The notes: generated by a model not told the origin, from the letters alone. Positions 40,088-53,900 are shown, numbered from the stretch's first letter. The stretch is DNA of 64,000 nucleotides from Antedon mediterranea (GCF_964355755.1 NC_092670.1:26212795-26276794), one strand, 5' to 3'. Made by a program: numbers and translations.

Positions 40088-42252
40088 ATAATTAATGATT
40101 ACAGCCATTGGCCAAATGGCCTTATGGATGACTCTTTCATAGGTCTAATCTTTAACACAACACGATTATTTTTTATGATCACTGTGTCCAATGGGTGCTT
40201 TCTGTATTATATCATCATATAATTCAGGATAATTCATGAAAACAGATGAACAGCGGCCTCAATAAATGAGGGCTGCAAGGTGATAAAATGCGTTAATTTG
40301 CGAACGCCGGCTTATCTGTGAAAGGGTAAAATTTTAGTAACATTTATTTGCTTCAAATTCCCATCATTTTCTGCAAGAGAGACATAGGCTATTATTTTGC
40401 GGATAACCTTTGTGATTGTTTGGATCTCTCTTTTTCATCTTCTGTGTTAATCTTTTTTTTCACGATTTTTGTTTGCAGCATATCTCTAAAACTTGTAAGC
40501 ATAACATTTTTTAACTTTACCAGACTGTAAATCTTTATTTAAAGATGTTCCAATAAGGTTTCCGACCAACTAAAGATTTGCGTACCGAAATTCTATGATT
40601 GAGCATAAATTCAGAACCAAAAGCCATTTTGATTGAAACTTAATGAATTATAATTTATGTAAGGGGTCAACTTTCTATTGAGTAAAAATGGCATTTTGGT
40701 TTTTTAATTTGATCTCTCTATATCGTTTTCTATCACATTAAAATGTCGTTATTTTTTGCCTAAAAACTTGATTTGTGCGTCATTTGATATTTCCATTTAT
40801 TATACGTACCTTATACTGTATGTTCCTTTGCGTACCATTCCGTAAAAATTTCTCATCGAAAAAGCAGTTTTTATCCTTGTTTGGGTATAAAATGAAGCCC
40901 GCCATAATGTCACACAATATGCAAATTACCAATTTTGCCCACCCCTTAGGGCAACATCATGCTCATCGCAACATCCTGAAATAGTTGTGATTTTTTGGAT
41001 AATTTCATTATTTTGCCCCAAAACTTTGATTTGTACATAATTTTTTATAAAACAATAAAGATTATAATTCAAAATTGGTTTGATTTTTTAAAATTTTTTT
41101 ATGGTTATTCACACTTTTATTCTTTCATTCCCCGAATTTTGCATCATGTGTATCTCTAATTCTGGTCAACATAATTTTGTATAACTTTGTCAGAAGATTG
41201 ATCTCTAACTGTAGATGTGCAGGAAACTTTGTTATATGATGCTAGAGTCCAAAATGCACAAAATTAATTTCTAATCAATTTCGCATACATTTCATGTCAT
41301 TTTGAGCATTTCAAGCCATTTTGAGCATTTTTAAATTGTTTTGCGTTTTGCGTACGCACTTGTGCGCACAGCTCGGACAAAATTTGGATCATAAAAAATG
41401 AGTAATATAATACAAATTTGTGCAAAAATATACCTATTTTTAATCAATTATAGCTTCTCAGGATGGCTGGTAACCCGTATTTTAAAAATTTTATTATGGA
41501 AGCCGATGAGTTGTGGATATCAATTCATGTAAAATTTATATCTACCGGATGTTCTGACGTCGCCATATGGCCATTGAAATGTTTAAAATAGGATTTTTTT
41601 TCGCTTTAGTACTGGTTAATCCCCATTTAATAGACCTTATGATTACCCTGTTTAGATTTTAATATGTTCTTTCTCAATCAATTCTCTTTCAATTCTCTTC
41701 CAATTTTTATTACGTCAACATATTAGAATAATGTGACTTGCTTAATTTGATCTATACAAAATATTTCAATTTGTCATATCTCCTCGGAATGAAAAATGAC
41801 CCACATAATTAAACTTATTATGGACTGTTGAATTGTAGATATGAATTCATATAAAAATGTTGACTATCTGACGTCATGACGTCATCATATGGCCAGTTGA
41901 ATTCAAAATACCTGATTTTCATCTCTTTCGTAAATGTTTGTCGCGTTCACTTTTATGTGCCCAAAATTCTTCAAACTTTAATTTAATGTATATAATTAGA
42001 TAATTATGTGTCACTTTGATGATGTCATCGTGTTAAAAATTGGATTAAAAGATGGGTCTCAAAATTTCATCTATGCTACACTGTATATAAAATATACAGT
42101 GTATTCTGCAAATACTGTAATATGCTTTATGATAAAAAATAGGTACAATTAAGCACTTTAAACATATTTAATTAATGTCATATGATGGTATAATAATTGT
42201 CGACGTTCATATATTTTAACGTATGTGCATGTGGCATTTCCGAGGATAACCC

Positions 42253-42284
42253 GAACTCGTCGAAGTGACGAGTTCAAATCTAGT
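42253..42284 (+). mobile_element. Helitron-like 3' terminus (left boundary not defined)
   Basis: Hairpin gaactcgtc-gaagt-gacgagttc followed by CTAG|T. Confidence 0.55.
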
Positions 42285-43281
42285 TATTTGTTATAGTTAC
42301 CTTTATCCATATCCAGTGGCAAAACCATATTCCATAATAGTTTTTTATCATTGATTTGATAGAAAACAGGTAATCCAAAATAGCTATAATAAATGACGTC
42401 ACATGACATAGTTGGAGTGAAGATAAGAAAAGTTTGAAAAATAGAGTTACTAGTTCCCCTAGAAATTGGAGTTATTATACTTATAAATATGAAACGAAAG
42501 TATCCAGGACCAGCTCTAAGAACATTTGGAAAATTAGTGCTGCAAGTTTTCATAAATTGCAATAATACTTTGAAAAAGTGGGCCTTTTTAGGAGGTGCAT
42601 CTGTATTCCCTGCACCCCCTATTCTAGCCTACACCGCTGTTTTTCAATCTTTCATAGCTCCTCGGAGCGAAAAGTTACCCTCATGATTAAAAATTTTTTA
42701 TGGAAGCTGTTCAATTGTAGATATGAATTCATATAAAAATTAAATGTAAAAACGTCATATGTTAAATTCAAAAAGTCAAAATTGAAAAAGTTCATCACGT
42801 TTAAAAGAGCGCGCATTTCATTTCTATCTGCATGATTATCTTCTGAGTTTAATATGATCTCTATCTTAATGATTTATTTTGATTATGTCAAAAACTGGAA
42901 AAATATGGGTGTTTTATGCATAATTGCATCTATGCTACACTGTATATAACATATTTACAGTGTATTCTGTAGACACTGTACTATGCTGTATGACACAATT
43001 CATCACTGTATCTACTTCAGGTCACAGGATGGAATAATCATTTTCGGTGTTCACATTTTAACACACATGCATGCACAGCATTTACACGTGGATAATGTGT
43101 ACCAGCGGGAATAACATAGCGCGTACATGTGCAATCGTTAATTGTACTACCGAATTAGTAGCACTTCTACCTGGTCAAGCACAGTGCATGTGAACGTTTT
43201 GTACACGCAACTATTTAGCAAATCCGTTATAGCGTGCATCAACCTTCTAGACCTAGGCCACTAGTACTGCTGTATTCCTAA

Positions 43282-43656
43282 AGCCTATTTTCCACTAGGC
43301 GAATTTGTTCGCGCGAATCGAAAGCGTCATGCCATGCACATGCGTATTCGCGTTTCTGTCTGTCATACTGCCTTTTTCAACAAATTCTAGTTCCTTTGAT
43401 TTTTCGCTTCAGCAAAATTTACTAGTCCGAATTGTTTCTACTTTTTGCGAAGCGAAATATTGCGCAACCAATCAGAGCTCAAGAAATGAGCTATGACGCT
43501 TTCATGAGCAGTCATTCGAATCGAAATGCTCAGCAACCACGCGAGGAACATGAACGTCGCAGCTATTCGCTCATGTAGTGGAAAGAGAGTAGGCGATTTT
43601 TTTCTCTTCGAAACGTTTGATTCGCGCGAACAAATTCGCCTAGTGGAAAATCAGCT
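43282..43656. mobile_element. Harbinger-type MITE
   Basis: TIR core ttttccactaggcgaatttgttcgcgcgaatc and its reverse complement; TAA/TTA flanks. Confidence 0.8.
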
Positions 43657-44423
43657 TTAGGCATGCGCCTATCTATGAGACAATACATTTTTTTATATCA
43701 AATTTGGTCGTAATTGTGAACAAATGAAGCATATATTTACAATTAAAAACACTTTAACTTCATAAAGTAACAACTATGGTAGGTCAAAGAGACCAACGTT
43801 TTTTAATTAAATTGGGATTTACCCTAGCCTAGGTAGGTCAGATCATAGAGGAATTATTTCCTTATGACAGCAGCCAGTTGATAAATAATAATAGCTAACC
43901 AACAAGGCAAAAAAAAACAGATAGACAAGAGTGTTGAAGATATATTAATATGTTTCAATCTTCACAATATTCAATTTAGGAAATGATAAACTGACTGGTA
44001 TTTTTTTTTTTTTTTTTCAGGTCTTCAGTTTATGATTCCATTTATGTTTATTATTAAAATAACAGTACTATACTTAAATAAACGACGAATTAAATTTTAG
44101 TATTTCAATGCAGTACATTCTAATTATATACATATAATGTAATGTTATATTTTGGTAATAAAAGTTTCAAATGCGAAATAAAAATTGCTTTTCATACTAT
44201 TAAACAATTAGAAAACAATCAAAATTGTTAATTTGAATTTAATTAGTCAATTTGATGAATTATAGGTGAAAAAACTTACATTAACATATGATTGTAAAAT
44301 GTTGATGTATGCGATCCATGACCTAATGCATACACTTATAGTGCTGAGTGTTGCCTATATGTGTCATATAGAGCATATACAGCATACTGCTGTATATCTA
44401 TATACATTGTAGCATATGGATAG

Positions 44424-45137
44424 GTAGATTGTGAATACCCTAGAGTAGATTGTGAATACCCTAGAGTAGATTGTGAATACCCTAGAGTAGATTGTGAATA
44501 CCCTAGAGTAGATTGTGAATACCCTAGAGTAGATTGTGAATACCCTAGAGTAGATTGTGAATACCCTAGAGTAGATTGTGAATACCCTAGAGTAGATTGT
44601 GAATACCCTAGAGTAGATTGTGAATACCCTAGAGTAGATTGTGAATACCCTAGAGTAGATTGTGAATACCCTAGAGTAGATTGTGAATACCCTAGAGTAG
44701 ATTGTGAATACCCTAGAGTAGATTGTGAATACCCTAGAGTAGATTGTGAATACCCTAGAGTAGATTGTGAATACCCTAGAGTAGATTGTGAATACCCTAG
44801 AGTAGATTGTGAATACCCTAGAGTAGATTGTGAATACCCTAGAGTAGATTGTGAATACCCTAGAGTAGATTGTGAATACCCTAGAGTAGATTGTGAATAC
44901 CCTAGAGTAGATTGTGAATACCCTAGAGTAGATTGTGAATACCCTAGAGTAGATTGTGAATACCCTAGAGTAGATTGTGAATACCCTAGAGTAGATTGTG
45001 AATACCCTAGAGTAGATTGTGAATACCCTAGAGTAGATTGTGAATACCCTAGAGTAGATTGTGAATACCCTAGAGTAGATTGTGAATACCCTAGAGTAGA
45101 TTGTGAATACCCTAGAGTAGATTGTGAATACCCTAGA
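44424..45137. repeat. Perfect minisatellite, 34 x 21 bp (gtagattgtgaataccctaga)
   Basis: Identical units with no spacers; count derived from the (TLGYSQS)34 ORF. Confidence 0.98.
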
Positions 45138-45618
45138 GTGCGCAGCATCTACAATAACTCACGAACATAGACTGGTGCGTTATTTGTTTTATAACATGGG
45201 TCTATGAACTATTTTCACTTCACAGAAATGAGAATGGTGTTGTGTTTGTTTTTGTGTTTTTATTATTGTTTTGCGGTGAAGACAACTGGTTCATACTCGT
45301 AAATTGTGCAACGCCTAGCGCGATCGGTAATCTGCCATATGATTTACACCCTGTGCTGTTATCCTTTTTTGCTGCACACTTTTTGCACTCCAGTACATGA
45401 TAGTAAAAAAATAAAAAGAGCACATGGTACTCATTTCAGCACATCTGATTGGCTACATCCTGAAACCATGTTATAATGTGAACTAATTGTATTACAGATG
45501 TATTAATATAATAGTTGAATTTTTTAGCTTACATTCTAAAACTTGACATCCACAAATTGAAAAAAAGATATAGAAAGATACTCTTTTTTTATTTATTGAT
45601 TTTTTTTATTTTTTGCAG

Positions 45619-45698
45619 GTCCAACCATGTCAACAATAGTCATCAGAATGCAGATAATTCTGATAGGAGAAAACGATTGCCAAACATACCTAGTGGAG
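45619..45698 (+). CDS. Khc: Tail exon (SNHVNNSHQNADNSDRRKRLPNIPSG)
   Basis: Strong ttttgcag acceptor, phase 2 to 1; resembles KRLPKLPPGG of sea-urchin KHC as I recall it. Confidence 0.8.
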
Positions 45699-46347
45699 GT
45701 TTGTCTATGATCATTTTCATTATTTTTAAATAGCTTATCTATAATACATATATGTACCCGACAAAAGCCAATTGTTAACTACCTTTTTTCCTTTTATTTC
45801 ATTCATTATTTTATAACAATGTTAACAGCCATCGAATGCAAATTCAAGATTATAGAGTACAATACACTGATGCCACGGTACCATGTAACATGCTTTTGTT
45901 CCTATGCGTCAATACATAGCCAGAAGTGTATATTTTGATATTTCACAGGACGGGCAGTACCGAATTATTACAATATTGGGAAGGCCACATTCTGAGTTGC
46001 AATGTGAGTTGCATAGCAACAAAAGCATGTCACATGGTACTGTGACATCAGAGTACTGTATATTCTTGTGTATTTTTGCTTGTCAATGTATGTGTGTGTA
46101 TAGTTATCGTATTATATTTTGTCCAGTGTTATTTACTTTGCAACTAATCTGTTGTGTGTTCACCAATGTGGCATAAATTATTCTAATCACAAAAATAAAT
46201 TAGTTAATAGATAATTAATTATGAAAGAAACAATAAAATTCTATGGAAATGTGCCTGATGTATTTCTATACACAATAAATTTGATTCACATATCGGTCAT
46301 TGAATGTTTGTGAGTTATATTCTTCCACCTATTCTCCAACTATATAA

Positions 46348-46470
46348 AGCTCTGTCTACACTATCAAACTAATTTGACAAAAAAATATGGTAGTGATATG
46401 ACATCATCATGTTCATAAGTGCACATCACATTTTTTTTGTCACATAAAGTTTGATAGTGTAGACAGAGCT
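46348..46470. mobile_element. 123-bp hairpin MITE, Harbinger-type
   Basis: TIR agctctgtctacactatcaaact / agtttgatagtgtagacagagct; TAA TSD. Confidence 0.85.
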
Positions 46471-46694
46471 TAATAGTTAAAAAGAATTTAAAATTGGATT
46501 ATTGCTTATTGTCGAGTCATTCAACTTTCACAAATTTACATTAGAGGCAGGCATGGTTCTGAATTCTCAATTCATGAATTTTAAGCTAAATGTTAACGGG
46601 GGGATGTAGTGTAAATCAGTAAACTTATATTTCGTTGTATAATTGTATCAAGTGCATTATATGTGGAATGTTTTCGTGTTGAACTTTCTTCCAG

Positions 46695-46775
46695 GGATAT
46701 TGACAGAAGCCGATATACAGGCAATGAGAGCAAGAAATAAAAGGGGAGGAGCATCCTCCAACCCTTCTGTAGTGG
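46695..46775 (+). CDS. Khc: Tail exon A (GILTEADIQAMRARNKRGGASSNPSVV)
   Basis: 81 nt, phase 1-1, cttccag / G|gtgag; paralogous to the exon at 49314. Confidence 0.8.
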
Positions 46776-47570
46776 GTGAGGACTTGCTAGTGTTGCTTGT
46801 TCATTACAAATATCACAATAACATGCCTATTATTCACAAATGATTGCTTTGCATGTTATTCCTTTAATGACATTTTTGTATTAATTTACTGTTTATATGT
46901 GAATACATTTATTGCTTCTATATAGATAATTTTACTGTAAATAATTTATAATAATAATAATTTTGCAAGAGGTTCAAGAATAAAAATTGTTATTACTGTA
47001 AAGCTAATTGTTATAGTAAAAATAATAATATACAAAATAATTATAAAAAAAGTAGACTGGGATTATATAGTAATAATGATATTATTAAAGCAAATGCATA
47101 TTTTTATATAAAGCGTTACATCTACTACAGTCCTAGTGGGTGAAGGCTTTTTTTTTCTCAATCTTGATTTGACATGGCATTTGTTTCTTGTATTTTGTCT
47201 ATTTTAACAAAGTACCCGATCTTCCCCAATTTGTATAAACAGATTCTGGCAAAAAAAGAAAGACAATTCGAAAACAATTTCAGGCACGATGTTCGTACAT
47301 TACCTTTGTAACCTAGTTTACCAGCTAGGCCTACAAAACTACACCTAAAACTGTCTACGGGAACATCTACTTAGGTAGTCCATAATATATGCATTATTTT
47401 TACAAAATTGCATGGAAAGTGTCTTTTGTTAATTGTTGATATTCCAATTAGTCGATCAATTTTCTATTCTGAAAGTTAATACTGTAGTGATAAGTGACAT
47501 TTTAGTAAATTTATATAGTTACACTCATAGCATAAGCAAGAAAATAAGTTTGTACTGTCTTTTTCAATAA

Positions 47571-48906
47571 AGCCCTTTTCTCACAGAACAGGAATATATG
47601 GGGAATATTCTATTACCTTGCCGGTAGGGTTTTCTGTTAGAACGGGTCACGCCGGTACCATGGACTGGCATCAACCAGACATGCTCAACCCTAGTAATAT
47701 TACTAGGGTTGTTTTCCGCAGTGCGAAAAGGGCAATCTGTGAGAATGGAAACTGTTATTTCTTCATCAAATGATGTCTTGTGCTGTCTAGGAAGGCCCAC
47801 ATATATGTATGCTTCCATTGTGATTGTGAGGCATTTGATGAATAGTAAAAAATCATTTTTAAAATCAGTGGTGGTGCCAGCGGTTTCTGGTGACTATTGT
47901 GTCTTTTGAAGTATAATTTCCGGGACTCTATTTTTCAAAATGTTCTTAGCTGGCGGACTGGTCCTGTAGACCTATAATTTTGTTCCATATTTTAATGTAA
48001 ACTGCATTTTGCAGGGACCTAGCTGCTCTATTTTTCACAATTTTCTTAGCTCCACCTAACCATCTATGGCTGGCTGGTCCTGTAGACTTATAATTTCGTT
48101 GCATTTATCAATAGGAGCCTATCTAAGTGCAATTTCCAGGGACCTAGCAGTTCTATTTTTCACAATTTTCGTAGCAGCTCAGTCCTGGAGACTTTATATT
48201 TAGTTTCATATTTCGAGGTATAATCCAATTTCCAGGGACCTTAGAAACTCTATTTTTATAAATGTTCTTAGCTCCATCCCAACCTTGGTGGGCTGGTTCT
48301 CCATAGACTTGTACATTTGCAATTTCTGGGGACCTAGCAGCTCTATTTTTCAAAATGTTCTTACAGATCAGCCCATGCTCTGCCCATGGATATGTTTTAC
48401 ATTCGCGTATATTTTCTATGATAGGCATATTAAACTTTAAAGCCTCGTGCAATGTGTTTATCACACAGTATTTTATTTAAGTACCATAAAAAATGGAAAC
48501 AATTGGCTCCCCTAAATCTGATTAAAATGGCCTCAAATTACGCTAGAATGCATTGCTTTCGGGTCTTCGCTCCCTGGACCCCCATGGGACGCAAGCCTAG
48601 TGATGCTTCGCTCGCATAGCAGATTTAGCCCCCGCGTTGGAAAGATCTTGGCGCCACCACTGCTTAAAATACCGTGACAAGTTTCGAGAATACTATTCTC
48701 ATCATCAGAACTAAAATCCGAGCCTAGAGAGCATTCAACAAATAGTATTTTGATTAACACTTTTATTGGTTGGATATACCTCGACCCTTTAATGGAAGTC
48801 TGTACCTGTATATACTGGTTATATTCCTGGCATGATAGTCCTATCTGAATAGATATATGCCAGTAACGATACAGGCATCAGCCGGCACATCTGTGAGAAA
48901 AGGGCT
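47571..48906. mobile_element. Harbinger-type element with an internal degenerate tandem array (~47915-48365)
   Basis: TIR agcccttttctcacaga / tctgtgagaaaagggct; TAA TSD; about five gggacctagcagctctattttt-like units. Confidence 0.8.
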
Positions 48907-49313
48907 TAAGAAACATATTTTTTAAGAGATTGATTGTGCTTAATACATATGATTTTTTTTTGATTTTTTTTTTTTATATTTATTTGGTATAACACTCAAA
49001 AGGCAAAAAAAGTTTAAAATGTTATGAGTTTACAAAACTAGAATAGAGTATTATTGTTTAACATTTTTACTAGCTTGGTTCCATAAATTGCTACACTCTG
49101 TCATTCTGCGATACTAGTCAGTCTTACCCTAGCCATCAGCATAAGCTTGGTTGGAGTTGTGGGTTTGAGTCCCACCACTCTAAAGCCTGCCTACCAATAC
49201 TCTTATTTATGTGTTTGTAGGGTATGTACAGTACGCATATGACTAAAGCAAATTATGTCTTAAAGTGCATGTGTGCTGTTTCTCAATTGTATTATTTTCA
49301 TATCTCATTACAG

Positions 49314-49414
49314 GTAAACTAACTGATGCTGATATAAAAGCAATGAAGGCTAGGAACAAAAAAGGAGCAAATTCAGATACAAGCAGAAAACCAATATCAA
49401 GTGAATACATTTAG
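49314..49414 (+). CDS. Khc: Tail exon B (GKLTDADIKAMKARNKKGANSDTSRKPISSEYI*); possible internal donor after 49400
   Basis: Phase-1 acceptor ttacag; paralogous to the exon at 46695. Confidence 0.8.
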
Positions 49415-50604
49415 ACTTTTTTACTAAGTACCATTGATTGGTATAATCACCTGCTCGAATATTATTGACCCTCAAATTTAAACTACAAATTAATATATTA
49501 TATAATCATCAGAGTACTATAATCCCAGTAAACTTTAAGCTGTATTTTGGATAACTAATGCAACTAATCTCAGCCCCCAGAACATTGTTGATGCAATTCA
49601 AGTACAGTGTTAAACCCCATCCCCATTATTAAGCTATATTTCTGCTGACCTAGAAAATTATTGAAGCAATCCTAGTCCTAACCCCCCGTCTCTAATTTAT
49701 TTTGTATACCAGAACATACCACGTACCAAGTACTAACAAGTGCTAACCCTCATCCCTTTTTAAAGTGGAGATGCATCAAAACATTACTTTCACCTATATT
49801 CAAGTATTTTTTTAATTTGTTATATGTTACATGGTTATTATGAAAAACATATAAAAGAAAACAGGGGGGGAAAAAACCCTTTCCCTATTCATTTCCATGT
49901 AAATTTTCAAAAAACAATGCCTTTTAAAAAAATCTTCAAAAAACAAAAATATTATACTAATATGGTTTCAGAATTTTTTAGAAAAAACAGCTTCTAGAAT
50001 AATTGGTTCAATTGTTAAAGATGTTGATGGTGTTTATGAAAAACAAACGTTGAGCAACGTCATTTAAATTATAAGAAACAGTTCTCACTCATTACACAAT
50101 GAATTTATTGTAAATAGATCAGGGAGAGTTAGACCACCCAATCAAATAATTCACGTTTTAGACTATCTTTTGTTGAAATGCTATTCATATTTTTAATTCA
50201 CGATTTAAGAGAAGTTTGTAATACCGATGCCTTCACTACTCATACCTGTGCAGTATATTATAAATATTTTTGTGTAATTTTTATATGTATTTTAAATATG
50301 TTATATATGGTCTTTTTATATTTATATTCTTGCCAAGAAAGACAATTTTCATTGTAATTTTATTTGTTTTATGACGAATAGAATTTTTATCTATCTTATC
50401 TATCTATCCATTTGGGCCCAGTACTTGGACCCCAGCCCATAATTTGTTTCTGATGCCAGAAAGCTCTAATTACAAACACTTTTCCTTAATCATTTCCATG
50501 TAATTGCATCATAATTTTTCTGTAGTTTCACAGTGCATCAGTTATTTTGCTAGTATTGTTTTTCTCATACTGACATTTTCTTTCTTTTTTTCATTTCTTT
50601 ACAG

Positions 50605-50621
50605 CCAATGAACCATATTAG
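50605..50621 (+). CDS. Khc: Candidate last coding exon (xNEPY*)
   Basis: Branch-like tactgac, long pyrimidine tract, acag; phase 1 gives NEPY then TAG. Confidence 0.5.
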
Positions 50622-50796
50622 ATTTGAAAAAACCGAAATGAAATTGAATTGTCCACATTGAAGATATACAGTAGGTTATAGCACTGCATTCACAATCAGT
50701 CACAAGACAAAGTTTATTCAATTTGTAAATCGATTTTGGGTGTTAACGGTAAAATTAAATTATAAATAAACACATTATAAGCTTATTCAACACATA

Positions 50797-50917
50797 CCAT
50801 ATTTATTCGAATAAAAGACCTGGGGCATTTATTTTAAAGGGGTTTTAGGGGTTGGGGCGTTTATTCAAATGAGTTGTTTGTTCGGGAGATGCATGTATTT
50901 TTTAGGGTGTAATATGG
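50797..50917. mobile_element. Small decayed MITE
   Basis: taccatatt / aatatggta ends. Confidence 0.45.
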
Positions 50918-53900
50918 TAACATGTGTAATCAAATAAATGCCCCATTGATTTGAAAAAATACAACACAATCAATATAGAGAAGTGATAAAATACAGTAAA
51001 AATTGTATCAAAATGCTTGTTAAATTGTCAATGAATTCTACTAGTACAAATAGAAATTCAAAGTGAATAAATATGGTAATATAGTTTAAGTAAAACCACC
51101 AAATATTAGTTTGTAATTAAGAAGCTGTCCATCACCACAGGTATACATTTGTAATATCTTGTAGTTGGTTTTAAGGAGGTGTCAAAATTATGTAAATGTG
51201 AAATAATATTTAATGTTCATGCACATGCATTTATACATTATTTTGATTTGCTTTATTGCTGGACATTAGCTGAATTTCAATTATTCTAATCCATATAGAG
51301 TATACATACATGGATGGATGTGAACATGCTCTATGATAAAAATAAGCAAAGTAAATATTGATAGTGTACTAGAATTTGGGAAACCTCAATTCATAATCGT
51401 TTCTTTGTTTAGGTCCTGAACCATTAGTTTTGGATGACTTTTATCACAAACAAAACAAAACCGTTGGAACCTTTTCCAAAGTCTATTTCAAAATAATTTA
51501 TATGTAACTTTGATTTCATGGATGACTGAAGAATCATGAAAGCAAACTTCAGGAACTTTTGATTGTGGAAACTAAATTCGACTTTGAACTGAAAAATCAC
51601 ACTTTATGAGCAAAAAAAAAAAAAAACAAATAGCAGCCTCTCACAAACTAAGCATTGCAAACTTTGTGAATCAAAAATATGTTTTATAATTTATTATCTA
51701 GTCATAATTAAATGAGAGAATGGTTGGCAATGTTCAGTACATTATGGTAAATCAGCAATGACATGTAAAGATTTCCACTGGTTTATAATTTATGAATTTT
51801 ACAAAAGTATACTACCAGATGATGAAATTGTTTTGACACAATAAATATAACATTTTATTGGTGATGGTACAATTGACCCATTTAAATTGGTTTTCGTACA
51901 TATTCTCAGTCAGTTTATTGTGGTGTACAAACATCGTACATGAAGGATACATGCAATATATATATGAATTATATGTTTAAAAAAAAATATGCTGCTTATG
52001 TTTAAAATGTTTTCATTTTACTATTGACATTAATTACATTACTTTTCTTGAATCGAATGCTGTCCCCAAGCCTGTATGCCAAGAGTTTTCAAACAAACCC
52101 ACTTTTCCCTGAAGTGCCCTTTTCAAACAAGAAACTACCAAGGACAAGGTTTACAGTAGCTCATACGATTTTTTGGCCGTCCTAAGCCAGCAGGAAAATT
52201 TAACATACTACAAAACAATCTTTTTTATTAAAATAGGTGATAATTGATATTTTTGCATCCCACTTCCAATGTTTTTTTAATACAAGGTCAGAAAAAGTAA
52301 GATGTAACAATCCTGGCTATGGGCTTGATACCAGCAAGACTATCAAACAACAGGATACTGAGCGCCGCTTTATCAAACGTTAAGGTTTCAATGTAGTTTG
52401 ATTATGCCCGCCTCCACATGTTTGATTGATTTGCTATTGGCAGATTGGCTTCCACGAAATGTTATTTTTATCTATGTGTAAATGTGACTATAGTACCAAA
52501 ATAGTACCATTCATTATCTGTACACTTATTGATAGCCTTGATTTAATTCAAAACCACTGAACTATTAATGTCAATTATAATCAATGCAAGAATTAAGGAG
52601 CATGTATGAGAGGCACTTTTTTGGGGGAAAATAACAATAAAAAATCTGGTTTTATGCATTTTAATGTCAACATTGTCTTTTTAAAAATTAGATGCCTAAA
52701 CTTCATGTTCGTAAAAGAATCCAATACAATACAAGGTATGGTGTACATAGCCTAGAATTTGTTGGTTTTGCATGAATTTGTCGAAGCCTATCTTGGCAAG
52801 TCGAGCTCATAACCTGTTTGATCATAGAGTGTACAATCTACTTCCTATCAATATAATTTCAAGGATCCCAAATATGAACTTTAATGCACATTTTTTTGTT
52901 TTTAAATTTATTCACATTCAACCTTGATTTTGTAAAATAGAAAATAAGCATGTTACCGTTATATAGCTAAGTATTTGTACTTAAATAGTGTAGTCATTAA
53001 GCAAAAAGTCAATATAAATTTATTTCATAACTTGTATGGAAATAATCATGTTTACAATTCATTGTACTACTGTAAATTCATTTAAAAACATAAGGTTAAG
53101 ATTCCATAATGATTTTAGAGTGAATCTTTTCAGCAGTTAAACCATTTTCTTAATTGAATTAGAGCATGGAGGAAAATTCCTCCATGATTAGAGATTGAGA
53201 ATGGCAGTATGTCTTAGAGAAGCATTTAAATGTGTCGTTCCAAGATTACTGTCTATCTACTCTCTATATTTCATATACTTTTTGGTATAGAAAGGTATAA
53301 CATCTAGTTATTGTTTACACAAACACACACACCAACGCACCCACACACATATATGTATATATTTAATATATGTTATGCTCTTGTGCAATTATATTCCTTA
53401 AAACTATATATAATATCAGTATAAGTTGTGTAGGTACTGACATTAAATAACATACTGTATGCTCATTAGTTAAGAATTGATAAGTGTTTAGGTGTGAACG
53501 TCCTACTAATGTTAGTATATCATACATTGTGTGTGCTATTTCTGTACCTTTGATAGCAATCCATCTCATACAGTAAAGCCTCGTCTTGTACTGTTTGTAC
53601 ATGTATATATAATAAGAAATCACCGTAGATGTGTCCTGGACAATTCGTTTTAACATTGCTACATAATCACGAGTCAATCAGTTTTCTGTGTATTGAGGGT
53701 GACAATATATAATAAAATATTTAGTTGTAATGATAACTTTATAACTTCATTTAAATATGCTTAATTTAACAAGATTGATGGCAAATGGGTGAATGAAAAA
53801 TATGTGTTAATAAGTTAGTTGAAGCAAAATGCAATATTTGTTATTTATTATGCAGATAGGCAATAGTAATTTGGGTTGTTCTCGGTGTTGTTGATGTACT

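Noticed and set aside
44424-45137. CRISPR-like array
   Set aside because: No spacers, no cas genes, eukaryotic intron.
44336-45148. 270-aa ORF (TLGYSQS)n
   Set aside because: By-product of a perfect 21-bp repeat; no synonymous variation, antisense and intronic.
47131-47139. 9-nt phase 1-1 microexon (cag|TCCTAGTGG|gtgaag)
   Set aside because: Weak pyrimidine tract and donor; indistinguishable from chance without RNA data.
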